A stretch of DNA of 30,108 nucleotides from a virus (Duplodnaviria > Caudoviricetes), in the IMG/VR virus record IMGVR_UViG_3300009095_000050, positions 1 through 30,108 of that record. One strand, 5' to 3'. The notes under the pieces were generated by a model. That model was not told the origin of the DNA. It did no database searches and saw only the letters and a list, made by a program, of their open reading frames with translations. Within the stretch, counting starts at the first letter, position 1, and every line of letters starts with the position of its first letter. This document shows, in pieces, positions 1 through 7,286 of this stretch. Made by a program: the position numbers and the translations under genes.

Positions 1-1
1 A

Positions 2-109
2 TTCATGTCCGGTGAAAAAGCCTCAGCAATTGCCAAAGATTATGGGGTTACACGTCAGGCAATCTGGAAGAACGTTACCAATAGACTTAAAATGTACAAC
101 TACGCCTAA
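2..109 (+). CDS. 3' end of a gene truncated by the window edge; C-terminal helix-turn-helix
   Basis: Manual translation of frame 2 gives ...MSGEKASAIAKDYGVTRQAIWKNVTNRLKMYNYA* (TAA 107-109). IAKDYGVTRQAI is a typical HTH. Confidence 0.6.
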   Translation, partial: FMSGEKASAIAKDYGVTRQAIWKNVTNRLKMYNYA

Positions 110-119
110 ACGGAAAGCT

Positions 120-983
120 ATGAGCGACAATACATTTAAGCAAAACACCTTCGTTCTCAAGGAGGACGGAATTTACACGGACGATGGAATACAAGTAAGT
201 AACGAAGATGAAGTTTCGCAGGCTCTCATTGATGCTTATGATCTTCCTTATAAGAGCGGTCCTTACACCCTGAATTGTAGGGTGGATATTGCGACAGAGT
301 TATTTTATACATTCAGGGATCAAGAGCAAAAATGGGTACAAGAGAATGAATGGAATAAGGATGTTGATTTACCACGTAGGCAAGTCGCCCACGTCACCTT
401 CCCCAAAGATAAGCCGGAACAGAAGCGCGTCACCTTCGATGAACAACCAGAGAAGAAAGTGTATGCTTCCGATGCTGGAAAGCCTTGTGAGTGCGGTAGT
501 TATATCTACTCGGACTTGAACGCTGCCCATTTTGTGAACTGCGAATGCGGAAACCCGCGTCCAGAGGAAAATGATTATTACAACAGGAAATGCAAGGAAA
601 CAGAAGCAGCAGGACAAGAACAGGAGACAGCAGAAGCCTTTCTGAAAGCCATGAAGCCGCAGGTGGCGGATTTCGACAAGCATGATAAGGTTGCAAAGGT
701 ATTTGACTATTACGATATGACCGGGTTTGCGGCACAATACGCCTCACAACAAACCGCCTCCATTCAAAAGCAGGTGGAAGAATGTGCTATACAAATAGAT
801 CACTACTCTAACGATCTTAAAATTAAAGTAGAACGCATTGCCCAACTGGAAGAAGCGCTGAAAGAAATGATGGATCAACACCAGATAAGAACCAATCTTG
901 AGGACGATTGCGAATTACCAGGATGGGCCGTGAGAAGGATAAACAAAGCCCTCAATCCACAAGATAACCAGGAAAAGAAATGA
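120..983 (+). CDS. Hypothetical phage protein with a CxCG...CxCG zinc-ribbon-like motif and C-terminal coiled coil
   Basis: ORF track 12..983. ATG at 120 (MSDNTFKQ) is preferred because it lies just past the upstream stop at 109. Motif PCECGS-x-NCECGN. Confidence 0.65.
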   Translation: MSDNTFKQNTFVLKEDGIYTDDGIQVSNEDEVSQALIDAYDLPYKSGPYTLNCRVDIATELFYTFRDQEQKWVQENEWNKDVDLPRRQVAHVTFPKDKPEQKRVTFDEQPEKKVYASDAGKPCECGSYIYSDLNAAHFVNCECGNPRPEENDYYNRKCKETEAAGQEQETAEAFLKAMKPQVADFDKHDKVAKVFDYYDMTGFAAQYASQQTASIQKQVEECAIQIDHYSNDLKIKVERIAQLEEALKEMMDQHQIRTNLEDDCELPGWAVRRINKALNPQDNQEKK

Positions 984-1171
984 TTGATACAATGCAAACG
1001 GCTGAATTAGCAGCCATGGCTGCTAAAATGAACGCGGAAATAGCCCGACTTCAAACCGAGAACGCCGCCGCGAACAAGCGCATAGAGGAACTAACGGCTA
1101 AGAACCTGAAACTGTTAAATGAAAACAACGACCTGTGGGATAAGGTCAACAACCCTAAAATGAAGGTATGA
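980..1171 (+). CDS. Small coiled-coil hypothetical protein
   Basis: 63 aa with a heptad pattern; ATGA overlaps with both neighbours. Confidence 0.65.
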   Translation: MIDTMQTAELAAMAAKMNAEIARLQTENAAANKRIEELTAKNLKLLNENNDLWDKVNNPKMKV

Positions 1172-1491
1172 CAGAATTTAAACGCGAGTTTTTCAAAACA
1201 GATCCTGTGATGAAAAAGCTATGGCAGCTTATCATGCAGAATCACAAGGTAGCAAAGCATACTGAAAAGGTACTATTCAAAAACCGGCATGTCAAAGACT
1301 TCTGTGAAGAGGCGCGACACTTTGTAGAACTGCCCGGCGAAAATCCTTTATACATTCATTACGATGTTGCTACGTGGTGGAAAGACCCGGCAGGCGTTAA
1401 ACTTCGAATAGAAAGCATTGGCGTATATGACGATTTCCTTGAATACCAGAAAGAACGCGCCCGAATAACCGAAGGATCAACCCTAAACTAA
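1168..1491 (+). CDS. Hypothetical phage protein
   Basis: 107-aa ORF, ATGA-coupled to the upstream gene. Confidence 0.65.
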   Translation: MTEFKREFFKTDPVMKKLWQLIMQNHKVAKHTEKVLFKNRHVKDFCEEARHFVELPGENPLYIHYDVATWWKDPAGVKLRIESIGVYDDFLEYQKERARITEGSTLN

Positions 1492-1497
1492 ACCACT

Positions 1498-1764
1498 ATG
1501 ACACCTATAAAATTTGAAGGACAAAACATTGTCTTTGCTGAAGACCAACCGGAATATCAACCCCTACCCGCGCTACGCTATCCACAAGACCCATGCGGCA
1601 CGGTCATTACTTGTTGGAAATTAGACCCTGACGAACTGCACGAAGTGATGAGAACGGGGAAGATTTACCTTTCACAGATGACATTTAACGGGCCATTGCA
1701 GCCGGTGTTAATGTCTCCTGATTTAAGCATTTTAGTCGAGGCACGTGAAAACTTCGGAAAATGA
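1498..1764 (+). CDS. Conserved small phage protein of unknown function
   Basis: The pattern PIKFEGQNIVFAEDQPEYQPLPA...VITCWKL...TGKIYL..MTFNGPLQP resembles a widespread uncharacterised phage family (recalled, not searched). Confidence 0.7.
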   Translation: MTPIKFEGQNIVFAEDQPEYQPLPALRYPQDPCGTVITCWKLDPDELHEVMRTGKIYLSQMTFNGPLQPVLMSPDLSILVEARENFGK

Positions 1765-1913
1765 CCGACCTTGAAAAACGCCGCTCCGATGTAGCTTTCT
1801 GGCAAAGAAAGTACGAAAGGGACCGTTCAAAGTACGCGAGGGGAATGCTTAAAAACGCTAGTGATAGGCTGAAACTGGCAGAGATTGAACAATATAACCA
1901 AGGAAAGAATTGA
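1761..1913 (+). CDS. 50-aa basic hypothetical protein (not in ORF track)
   Basis: MTDLEKRRSDVAFWQRKYERDRSKYARGMLKNASDRLKLAEIEQYNQGKN*. ATGA overlap upstream and TGATG overlap with the csf1 start, so it fills the gap exactly. Confidence 0.6.
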   Translation: MTDLEKRRSDVAFWQRKYERDRSKYARGMLKNASDRLKLAEIEQYNQGKN

Positions 1914-2566
1914 TGAACATGAAACATCCATGCGAAGTAATATACTATCTATCCTCCCAACCTATCTATGGTGACACGCAAGGTATCTGCAGGATTACAG
2001 GAAAGGAATCAACGGGTACGCCCTTTCACAAATGGGTTCGTGACACGTTTACAGATATTGGGAGCCTACATCCAGGTACGATTATCAGCAACGAAGCAAT
2101 GTTTTGTTTTGAAGAAGGTAGCGAATATTTACAGCAAAAGGCTGGCAAGGATAAGCCGCAGCGATTTCGTAATTACTCTCATTTTGTTTTGAATAATGAA
2201 TGGCACATGAAAGACAAAGGTCAGAAATCCGACATGTTAACACTTCTAGTTTCAAAACCTGAAATATGTGTGATTGCGGAAAGCGGTCAGCGTCATTTAT
2301 TATTTAAGCACAAGCCGGGCACTTGGCAGTTTGAAGATCAAACGATATATCCCGATGTTGATTTCTTAATGTATCTACACTCACTAGTATATTCATTGTG
2401 TTGCACATTCAGCATAGATGAAGTGTTATCCGGTCAATATTCACAACATCGAATTATAAAACACGGCGCTTCATTGTGGAGAGAGGCGGAGAGCAAACTA
2501 AAACAACACAGAGGCACTCCAATGTTTTCTTTATCATTATTTTTCGCGAAAGTACATCCGATATGA
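1913..2566 (+). CDS. csf1: Type IV CRISPR-associated Csf1 (Cas8-like large subunit)
   Basis: Motifs CRITG, TFTD..SL, RNYSHFV and CVIAESGQRHLLF (cf. the Csf1 SGQKH motif); first gene of the csf cluster. Confidence 0.8.
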   Translation: MNMKHPCEVIYYLSSQPIYGDTQGICRITGKESTGTPFHKWVRDTFTDIGSLHPGTIISNEAMFCFEEGSEYLQQKAGKDKPQRFRNYSHFVLNNEWHMKDKGQKSDMLTLLVSKPEICVIAESGQRHLLFKHKPGTWQFEDQTIYPDVDFLMYLHSLVYSLCCTFSIDEVLSGQYSQHRIIKHGASLWREAESKLKQHRGTPMFSLSLFFAKVHPI

Positions 2567-2835
2567 AAGATTTCACAGATAAGGAAATTATAACCTTAAT
2601 AACAACCTACAGACGTAAAGGAATTAAAGCATGTCGGGTTAATCCAGATCGATCAGATAAGAGCCTTTATGAAAAAGTCCGCCGCCTTAAACTACAAAGG
2701 ATTCCACGATGGAGTGAATCAGACCTAAACACTCTAATGAATAGCAATAACATTACAGATGCCTCACGTATCCTTAAACGCACAGAGAATGCTTGCAGAA
2801 TCAAAAAACATAGAATTAATAATTATGGAAAATGA
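2563..2835 (+). CDS. Tandem Myb/SANT-like helix-turn-helix DNA-binding protein (90 aa)
   Basis: ATG 2563 overlaps the csf1 TGA. Two repeats: FTDKEIITL...RSDKSLYEKVRRLKL and WSESDLNTL...RTENACRIKKHRI. Strongly basic. Confidence 0.6.
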   Translation: MKDFTDKEIITLITTYRRKGIKACRVNPDRSDKSLYEKVRRLKLQRIPRWSESDLNTLMNSNNITDASRILKRTENACRIKKHRINNYGK

Positions 2836-3226
2836 AATAACCCAACAGCGAATCGGGGAAGAATTACTATTTCCTTTATTCCGATGCCTCGATGAAGGCT
2901 ACAAAAAAAAGTACGTGAAGGATATATGGGAGCAGTTTGAAAACAATATTCGTGCATCAGCATACACGTCACGCCTCACAAAATTCTTCGAAAACATCAC
3001 ACGATCAATGCCGATAACACTAGAACGGCAATACGCTGAGCCTGTTTTGCAAATTATTCAAAGCGGGCTTGATGAAGAGGTTCTAACGTGGCTAAGAAAT
3101 GAAACAACCTATCTTGTACTATTAGCACGAATGAGAAATGAAGAACGTAAAGAATCACTTAAAAGTAGGCAACAGGATTTATTTTCAGAACCAGAACCAT
3201 TATCAAATAATAACGAAACATTATGA
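2825..3226 (+). CDS. cas11: Type IV-B small subunit Cas11 (Csf4-like)
   Basis: All-helical 133 aa starting MENEITQQ, with IWEQFENNIRASAYTSRLTKFFE and VLTWLRNETTYLVLLAR. Lies between csf1 and csf2, as in IV-B loci. Confidence 0.75.
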   Translation: MENEITQQRIGEELLFPLFRCLDEGYKKKYVKDIWEQFENNIRASAYTSRLTKFFENITRSMPITLERQYAEPVLQIIQSGLDEEVLTWLRNETTYLVLLARMRNEERKESLKSRQQDLFSEPEPLSNNNETL

Positions 3227-4170
3227 GAACCATTTCTTTTGAAGGTGTAGCAACAGCAATTACATCTATTATTCACAATGGCGGAGAGAAAAACGGGATC
3301 GCCTCCATGCTTCGTCGGGAAAAGTTCGTACAACCTAACGGCAAGGTAAAAGAAGTTCCCGTAATAAGCGGCAATGCTATACGTGGTATTTTGCGGGACG
3401 TTGGGATGTATGACATGCTGCAAAAAGTTGGGTATGGAGTGCAGGATGACGGCACCGTAAAGGGCTTGCCATTATCCGCTTTTTACTTCCTGTTTTCAGG
3501 TGGAGCATTAAGCAGCACAGGTGAAGCCGGAATTAATGTAGATCGATTTCGTAAAATGAAAAATCTAATTCCTTTGATTGGTCTATTTGGCGGCGCTATA
3601 GGCAATGCGATTATGCCAGGCAAATTAAAAATCGGGAAGCTGATGCCTATATGCAAAGAGACATTACACCTTTTGCCTGAAAAGTATCAGAATGAAGAAG
3701 CGGAAAGCATTTGGGATTATTGCCAAACCGAAATGTACACCCGAAGAGACGATGAAAAAAACGATAAGGTGCGCGGCATGATTGATGAAAATGTCAGAGC
3801 TTTGCTAACAGGCGGAACCGCAAAAGTGGATATAACAAAATCGTCCACAGCACAACAGATGATGTATAGGAATGAAAGTCTTGCAGCGGGGACGCAATTT
3901 TACTGGAAGGTTACACTAGAGGACGCAAGCGACATCGAATTTGAAGCCTTTGTAAATACGTTAATTGTTTTCAGTAAAGCTCCGTACCTAGGCGGACGAT
4001 CAGCCGTTGGTCATGGTGAAATTTCAATTAAAATGGACAAGTGGATTGAGATCGACAGTAGGAGCAACCTGGAAGGCAAAGAGGTTGGGTTGCCGTTACT
4101 GCAATCTTATTTCAATCACCTTGAAGATAAAAAGCAAGATATTCGAGCAATGTTAAATGCGATTGTATGA
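3223..4170 (+). CDS. csf2: Type IV CRISPR-associated Csf2 (Cas7 backbone RAMP)
   Basis: VPVISGNAIRGILRD, FLFSGGAL, PLIGLFGG, YTRRDD, QMMY..E.LAAGT and the C-terminal G-rich loop LGGRSAVGHG. Confidence 0.92.
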   Translation: MRTISFEGVATAITSIIHNGGEKNGIASMLRREKFVQPNGKVKEVPVISGNAIRGILRDVGMYDMLQKVGYGVQDDGTVKGLPLSAFYFLFSGGALSSTGEAGINVDRFRKMKNLIPLIGLFGGAIGNAIMPGKLKIGKLMPICKETLHLLPEKYQNEEAESIWDYCQTEMYTRRDDEKNDKVRGMIDENVRALLTGGTAKVDITKSSTAQQMMYRNESLAAGTQFYWKVTLEDASDIEFEAFVNTLIVFSKAPYLGGRSAVGHGEISIKMDKWIEIDSRSNLEGKEVGLPLLQSYFNHLEDKKQDIRAMLNAIV

Positions 4171-4649
4171 GCATAGACAATTCTGACTTTCGATTAAAGG
4201 TTGATGTGCGTCAAAAAGGATTGTCCTTGGTTCGCCCCCCTTATAACGTGCTGGAATTATATGCTGGAACCGGAATGCTAACCAATCACCTTTGGGCAAA
4301 GGTCGCGGAAAGGGTGTTATCAATCGAAAAGGATCCTCATAAATTCAATAGCACATTTAAAAATGTTACTGCGATCACAGACCATAATGCTAATCACATC
4401 GATAAAGCTAAAGACTTCAATGTTATAGACTGCGATGCTTACGGGATGGTACTTCCTGTTGTCCTGAAATGTATAGAGGCGGCAAAAGAAAACAGCATCG
4501 TGTTTTTTACAGAGTTCAACCCAGTCAGGTACAAAAACGATTGGATTGGCGAGACTGTTAAGGCGGTATCATCACACAAAAAAGTAAAAGGCTTTTGGTT
4601 TCATCAGGCTAATAACTCACAAGTAATTTACGCTTATGCACAACTTTAA
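4167..4649 (+). CDS. Small class I SAM-dependent methyltransferase-like protein
   Basis: Motif I VLELYAGTG, acidic motif II SIEKD, and FNVIDCDAYG resembling the D-x-D-P-Y-G motif IV of Trm1-like/amino-MTases. Overlaps the csf2 stop (ATGA) and the csf3 start. Confidence 0.75.
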   Translation: MSIDNSDFRLKVDVRQKGLSLVRPPYNVLELYAGTGMLTNHLWAKVAERVLSIEKDPHKFNSTFKNVTAITDHNANHIDKAKDFNVIDCDAYGMVLPVVLKCIEAAKENSIVFFTEFNPVRYKNDWIGETVKAVSSHKKVKGFWFHQANNSQVIYAYAQL

Positions 4650-5298
4650 TTTTCAGCCACTCCGCATACGCGCATACTTACAAACTGGTGTTATCAGCGA
4701 TCAGTTTTTGCCTCTCGATAGCGTCATCTATGCGCAGTATGTTCGTGAAAAAATGGGAGAGCGTGACTACTCTTTACCTCTTGAAAACACAATTAAAGAA
4801 GGACAGCAGATCAATTTACCGTTCAGGAAAGCGAATGTTAAAAACGATGCTTGGTTTTATAAATGCTCGTTCGCGCAATGGCATGAAAAGACAATAGAGG
4901 ATCAGCAAACATACAGTAAACGATTTGATTTAATCCGAAGTGATCTTGCTGATTTCGGTAAGAAAAAAGCAACTGTTGATAACCAGCGTGGTTTTTATAA
5001 AAGCTATCATGTGAAAGTCTATTACAGACATGCCCCTTACATTGAATGGTATGCTGACGGCGACAAGAAAGAACTGGAACGGGTACTAAAATTCTGTACT
5101 CATTTAGGTAAAAAAACATCACAAGGCTGGGGCGTTGTATTAAAATGGCAAGTAATTGAATGGATAGAGGATTGGAGCGTTAGGGGCCCGGGTAACAGGC
5201 TAATGCGGAGTGTCCCGGCCATGAATGGCGTTTTGTACGGAATCCGGCCATCGTACTGGCTTCCACGTCATCAATTTAAGAGTTTGCTCCCAATGTAA
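4636..5298 (+). CDS. csf3: Type IV CRISPR-associated Csf3 (Cas5-like RAMP)
   Basis: PLRIRAYLQTGV...LPLDSVI N-terminus, IEWYADGD, G-rich loop HLGKKTSQGWGVV and C-terminal GIRPSYW. Confidence 0.88.
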   Translation: MHNFNFQPLRIRAYLQTGVISDQFLPLDSVIYAQYVREKMGERDYSLPLENTIKEGQQINLPFRKANVKNDAWFYKCSFAQWHEKTIEDQQTYSKRFDLIRSDLADFGKKKATVDNQRGFYKSYHVKVYYRHAPYIEWYADGDKKELERVLKFCTHLGKKTSQGWGVVLKWQVIEWIEDWSVRGPGNRLMRSVPAMNGVLYGIRPSYWLPRHQFKSLLPM

Positions 5299-5339
5299 GA
5301 TTGATGTAAGGGAAACTTAAACAATATTTTAGTAAAGGC

Positions 5340-5370
5340 TTGCGTATATCGTATATACAGGATATATTTA
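5340..5370 (+). promoter_or_regulatory. Bacteroidota-type sigma promoter with an overlapping near-palindromic operator
   Basis: cTTG-N19-TATATTTA matches the -33 TTTG / -7 TAnnTTTG consensus with one mismatch in each box. The spacer contains GTATATcGTATATAC. Confidence 0.55.
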
Positions 5371-5393
5371 CATCATAATTAAACGCTAAAGCA

Positions 5394-5804
5394 ATGTTCA
5401 TCGCACGTCAATCAAGCCACATTCAGGAAGACATCAAAAGAAACTGGTCGAGCTGGAATTTTGGTCAAGAGGGTTTTAATGGCACGTATGATGAATTACA
5501 CACTGCAATTAATGAGGCTATAGAATCCGATAGTTCTTTTTCAATCTCTGGGTTTGAATTGTGGGGTAGCGACATTAAAAACGCTGATATCCGCGAATTG
5601 TACGCAGGTTATTGGGTGCTGGTTGACAATGTTAATGGTCACGGAAAAGGAATTTTTGGGACAGAATTGAAAGCATCCACACTTAGCGAGGCAATTCAGG
5701 AATCAGCAGACGCCCAGTATTGGGGTGAAGGAGTTCGCTTTGATGCATCAGACGCGAAACTGGTTTACTCAAATAAAGATATTCACATTTTTGAAATTGA
5801 CTGA
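5394..5804 (+). CDS. Acidic hypothetical protein (136 aa)
   Basis: Clean ORF downstream of the promoter; D/E- and aromatic-rich; no recognisable family. Confidence 0.7.
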   Translation: MFIARQSSHIQEDIKRNWSSWNFGQEGFNGTYDELHTAINEAIESDSSFSISGFELWGSDIKNADIRELYAGYWVLVDNVNGHGKGIFGTELKASTLSEAIQESADAQYWGEGVRFDASDAKLVYSNKDIHIFEID

Positions 5805-5941
5805 TGAGAAAGATTATCGACATACCCGACAACATTGTAAAAGACCTTAAAAAAATGGCCGTGGACGCGGATTTAGATTTGAAGAATTATATTCAAAATC
5901 TGCTCGTTCTGCACGTTCAAAAAAAGGGTAAGGCAAAATAA
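5804..5941 (+). CDS. Ribbon-helix-helix (CopG/Arc-like) DNA-binding protein, 45 aa (not in ORF track)
   Basis: MRKIIDIPDNIVKDLKKMAVDADLDLKNYIQNLLVLHVQKKGKAK*: beta strand RKIIDI followed by two helices. TGATG-coupled to the upstream gene. Confidence 0.7.
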   Translation: MRKIIDIPDNIVKDLKKMAVDADLDLKNYIQNLLVLHVQKKGKAK

Positions 5942-5971
5942 CCCACTCACCTACAGCGTGACATCTTCCGT

Positions 5972-6382
5972 TTAATTCACTACAGCAATCCCGGCAAGGA
6001 TAACCCCGAGGATCACGGCCCCGGTTCTTTGGAACCTCAAGGAGCGGTTTTGTTTTTTCAATTCGTGGTTCTCTCTTTCAAGCGATTCGGAAACTTTTTC
6101 GTGCTGTTGGGAAATTTGTTGGGCTATTGATGTTTTGTTTCTCTCGGATTGCAGCAAGTCTTCGTAATCCCTGTAGATTGTTATTCTTTCGCTCTCGAGC
6201 AATTCTACCTTTCCTGACAGTTCATTAATCAGCGTGTCTTGCAATAGCTTCTGATAGGCCATCGCGTGGATAACCCTACTCTCTTGAATCGGCAGGCAGT
6301 GCACATCAGATTCCTGCGCGTAGGATCTCCCTGCGAACACTGTCAAGGTCAGTAGAAGTATTATTTTTAAAACTGACTTCAT
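5972..6382 (-). CDS. Signal peptide + coiled coil + C-terminal TM protein; spanin-like lysis accessory
   Basis: N-terminal MKSVLKIILLLTLTVFAGRSYA, central heptads, C-terminal GAVILGVILAGIAVV; last gene of the lysis region. Confidence 0.5.
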   Translation of the reverse strand: MKSVLKIILLLTLTVFAGRSYAQESDVHCLPIQESRVIHAMAYQKLLQDTLINELSGKVELLESERITIYRDYEDLLQSERNKTSIAQQISQQHEKVSESLERENHELKKQNRSLRFQRTGAVILGVILAGIAVVN

Positions 6383-6647
6383 CTATTTCTCCGCGCAATC
6401 GCGCTATGGTGATTTCCTTGCGTTTTAAGGCATCCGCGTGGGCAGCGCTATCTTGCTTCATCTTTTTCCTGATCGCAGCGCTGACGGAATCCTGCGCAGC
6501 CCTTAGCGCTTTTAATTCCTCGATTCGTTTCTGATATGTTTCCCGCTCCCGTTCATACTGTGAAACGTCTACTTTGTCGCCTGGAGCAATGAGCCATCCC
6601 AGCAGGAACATTGCGGCGCCAATGATATATGACAGGTACTTATTCAT
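6306..6647 (-). CDS. N-terminal TM + coiled-coil protein, i-spanin (Rz)-like
   Basis: YIIGAAMFLLGWLIA TM followed by a long charged helix; overlaps the next gene by 77 nt. Confidence 0.55.
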   Translation of the reverse strand: MNKYLSYIIGAAMFLLGWLIAPGDKVDVSQYERERETYQKRIEELKALRAAQDSVSAAIRKKMKQDSAAHADALKRKEITIARLRGEIDEVSFKNNTSTDLDSVRREILRAGI

Positions 6648-6921
6648 TTTCCTTCCGTCGGCGGCGTTCGAACATCAACTCCATCTTATCAAGTCGTAGC
6701 TCCATTTTCTTGTCAAGCTTGTCGATAGATGTTTCCATCTTGTGCTCAAACTTTTCCAGGATGTTGTAAATCCGCTGAAGCTCACTATTGACACGCTGGT
6801 CGTTTATGTTGTTTTCCTTTATCGACTGCTCGTTTGCGTAAATTCGTTTGGTGAGGAAAACAAGCCATCCAAAAATGACTGTCCCGATGGTGATGATTGG
6901 TATAGCTACACTTTGTTCCAT
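6640..6921 (-). CDS. Single-TM + coiled-coil protein (holin/XhlA-like)
   Basis: Start at MEQSVAIPIITIGTVIFGWLVFL (ATG 6921); C-terminal KME..IDKLDKKMELRLDKMEL repeats and a basic tail. Confidence 0.55.
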   Translation of the reverse strand: MEQSVAIPIITIGTVIFGWLVFLTKRIYANEQSIKENNINDQRVNSELQRIYNILEKFEHKMETSIDKLDKKMELRLDKMELMFERRRRKENE

Positions 6922-7286
6922 TGCAGTTGCCGGACGGAGATTATTGATAAGACAAGGAATTTGGTCACTGTGATTCCTATCCCCAAGGTAAAAATATAAA
7001 ACCACGGGCTGTTATAGGTCAGCAGGTAGTCGATAAATTCAACTGCTTGCAGCCAAAACCACGTGGTTAATATTGGGCGGAATGAAATTAGAAGGGTGGT
7101 GAATGCGTATGCAAACACCATCATTGACACGTAATGGCAAAGAAAATACACATAAGTCTGAATATTCAGCTCAATGTCATAGAAAGGGAAGGGGTCGAAC
7201 GTGTGCGCTGAGAATGGTATTAACGTCCACGCCTCTCGTATGGCTAAAGCCGCCAAAATTAGAATTATGCAATTCCTTTCAGCCAT
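6906..7286 (-). CDS. Multi-pass membrane protein (about 4 TM)
   Basis: 126 aa with several hydrophobic segments; overlaps both neighbours. Confidence 0.65.
   Translation of the reverse strand: MAERNCIILILAALAIREAWTLIPFSAHTFDPFPFYDIELNIQTYVYFLCHYVSMMVFAYAFTTLLISFRPILTTWFWLQAVEFIDYLLTYNSPWFYIFTLGIGITVTKFLVLSIISVRQLQWNKV

Noticed and set aside
12-119. N-terminal extension of the 323-aa ORF from GTG at 12
   Set aside because: It overlaps a more convincing HTH-encoding frame ending at 109; ATG 120 is preferred.
2476-2824. Longer ORF-track starts for the HTH gene (2476) and cas11 (2759)
   Set aside because: They give long overlaps with upstream genes, whereas ATGs at 2563 and 2825 give tight coupling.
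4167-4649. cysH/PAPS-reductase or cas6 identity for the inserted gene
   Set aside because: There is no SGGKDS PP-loop and no Cas6 G-rich loop; the motifs are those of a Rossmann SAM-binding fold.
5299-5971. CRISPR array or mini-array downstream of csf3
   Set aside because: No repeated 25-40-nt unit is visible. The region is explained by a promoter and two ORFs, and the TATAT repeats are too short and fit an operator better.
5942-5971. Bidirectional terminator at the convergence of the two operons
   Set aside because: There is no convincing GC stem with a U tract in the 30-nt gap.
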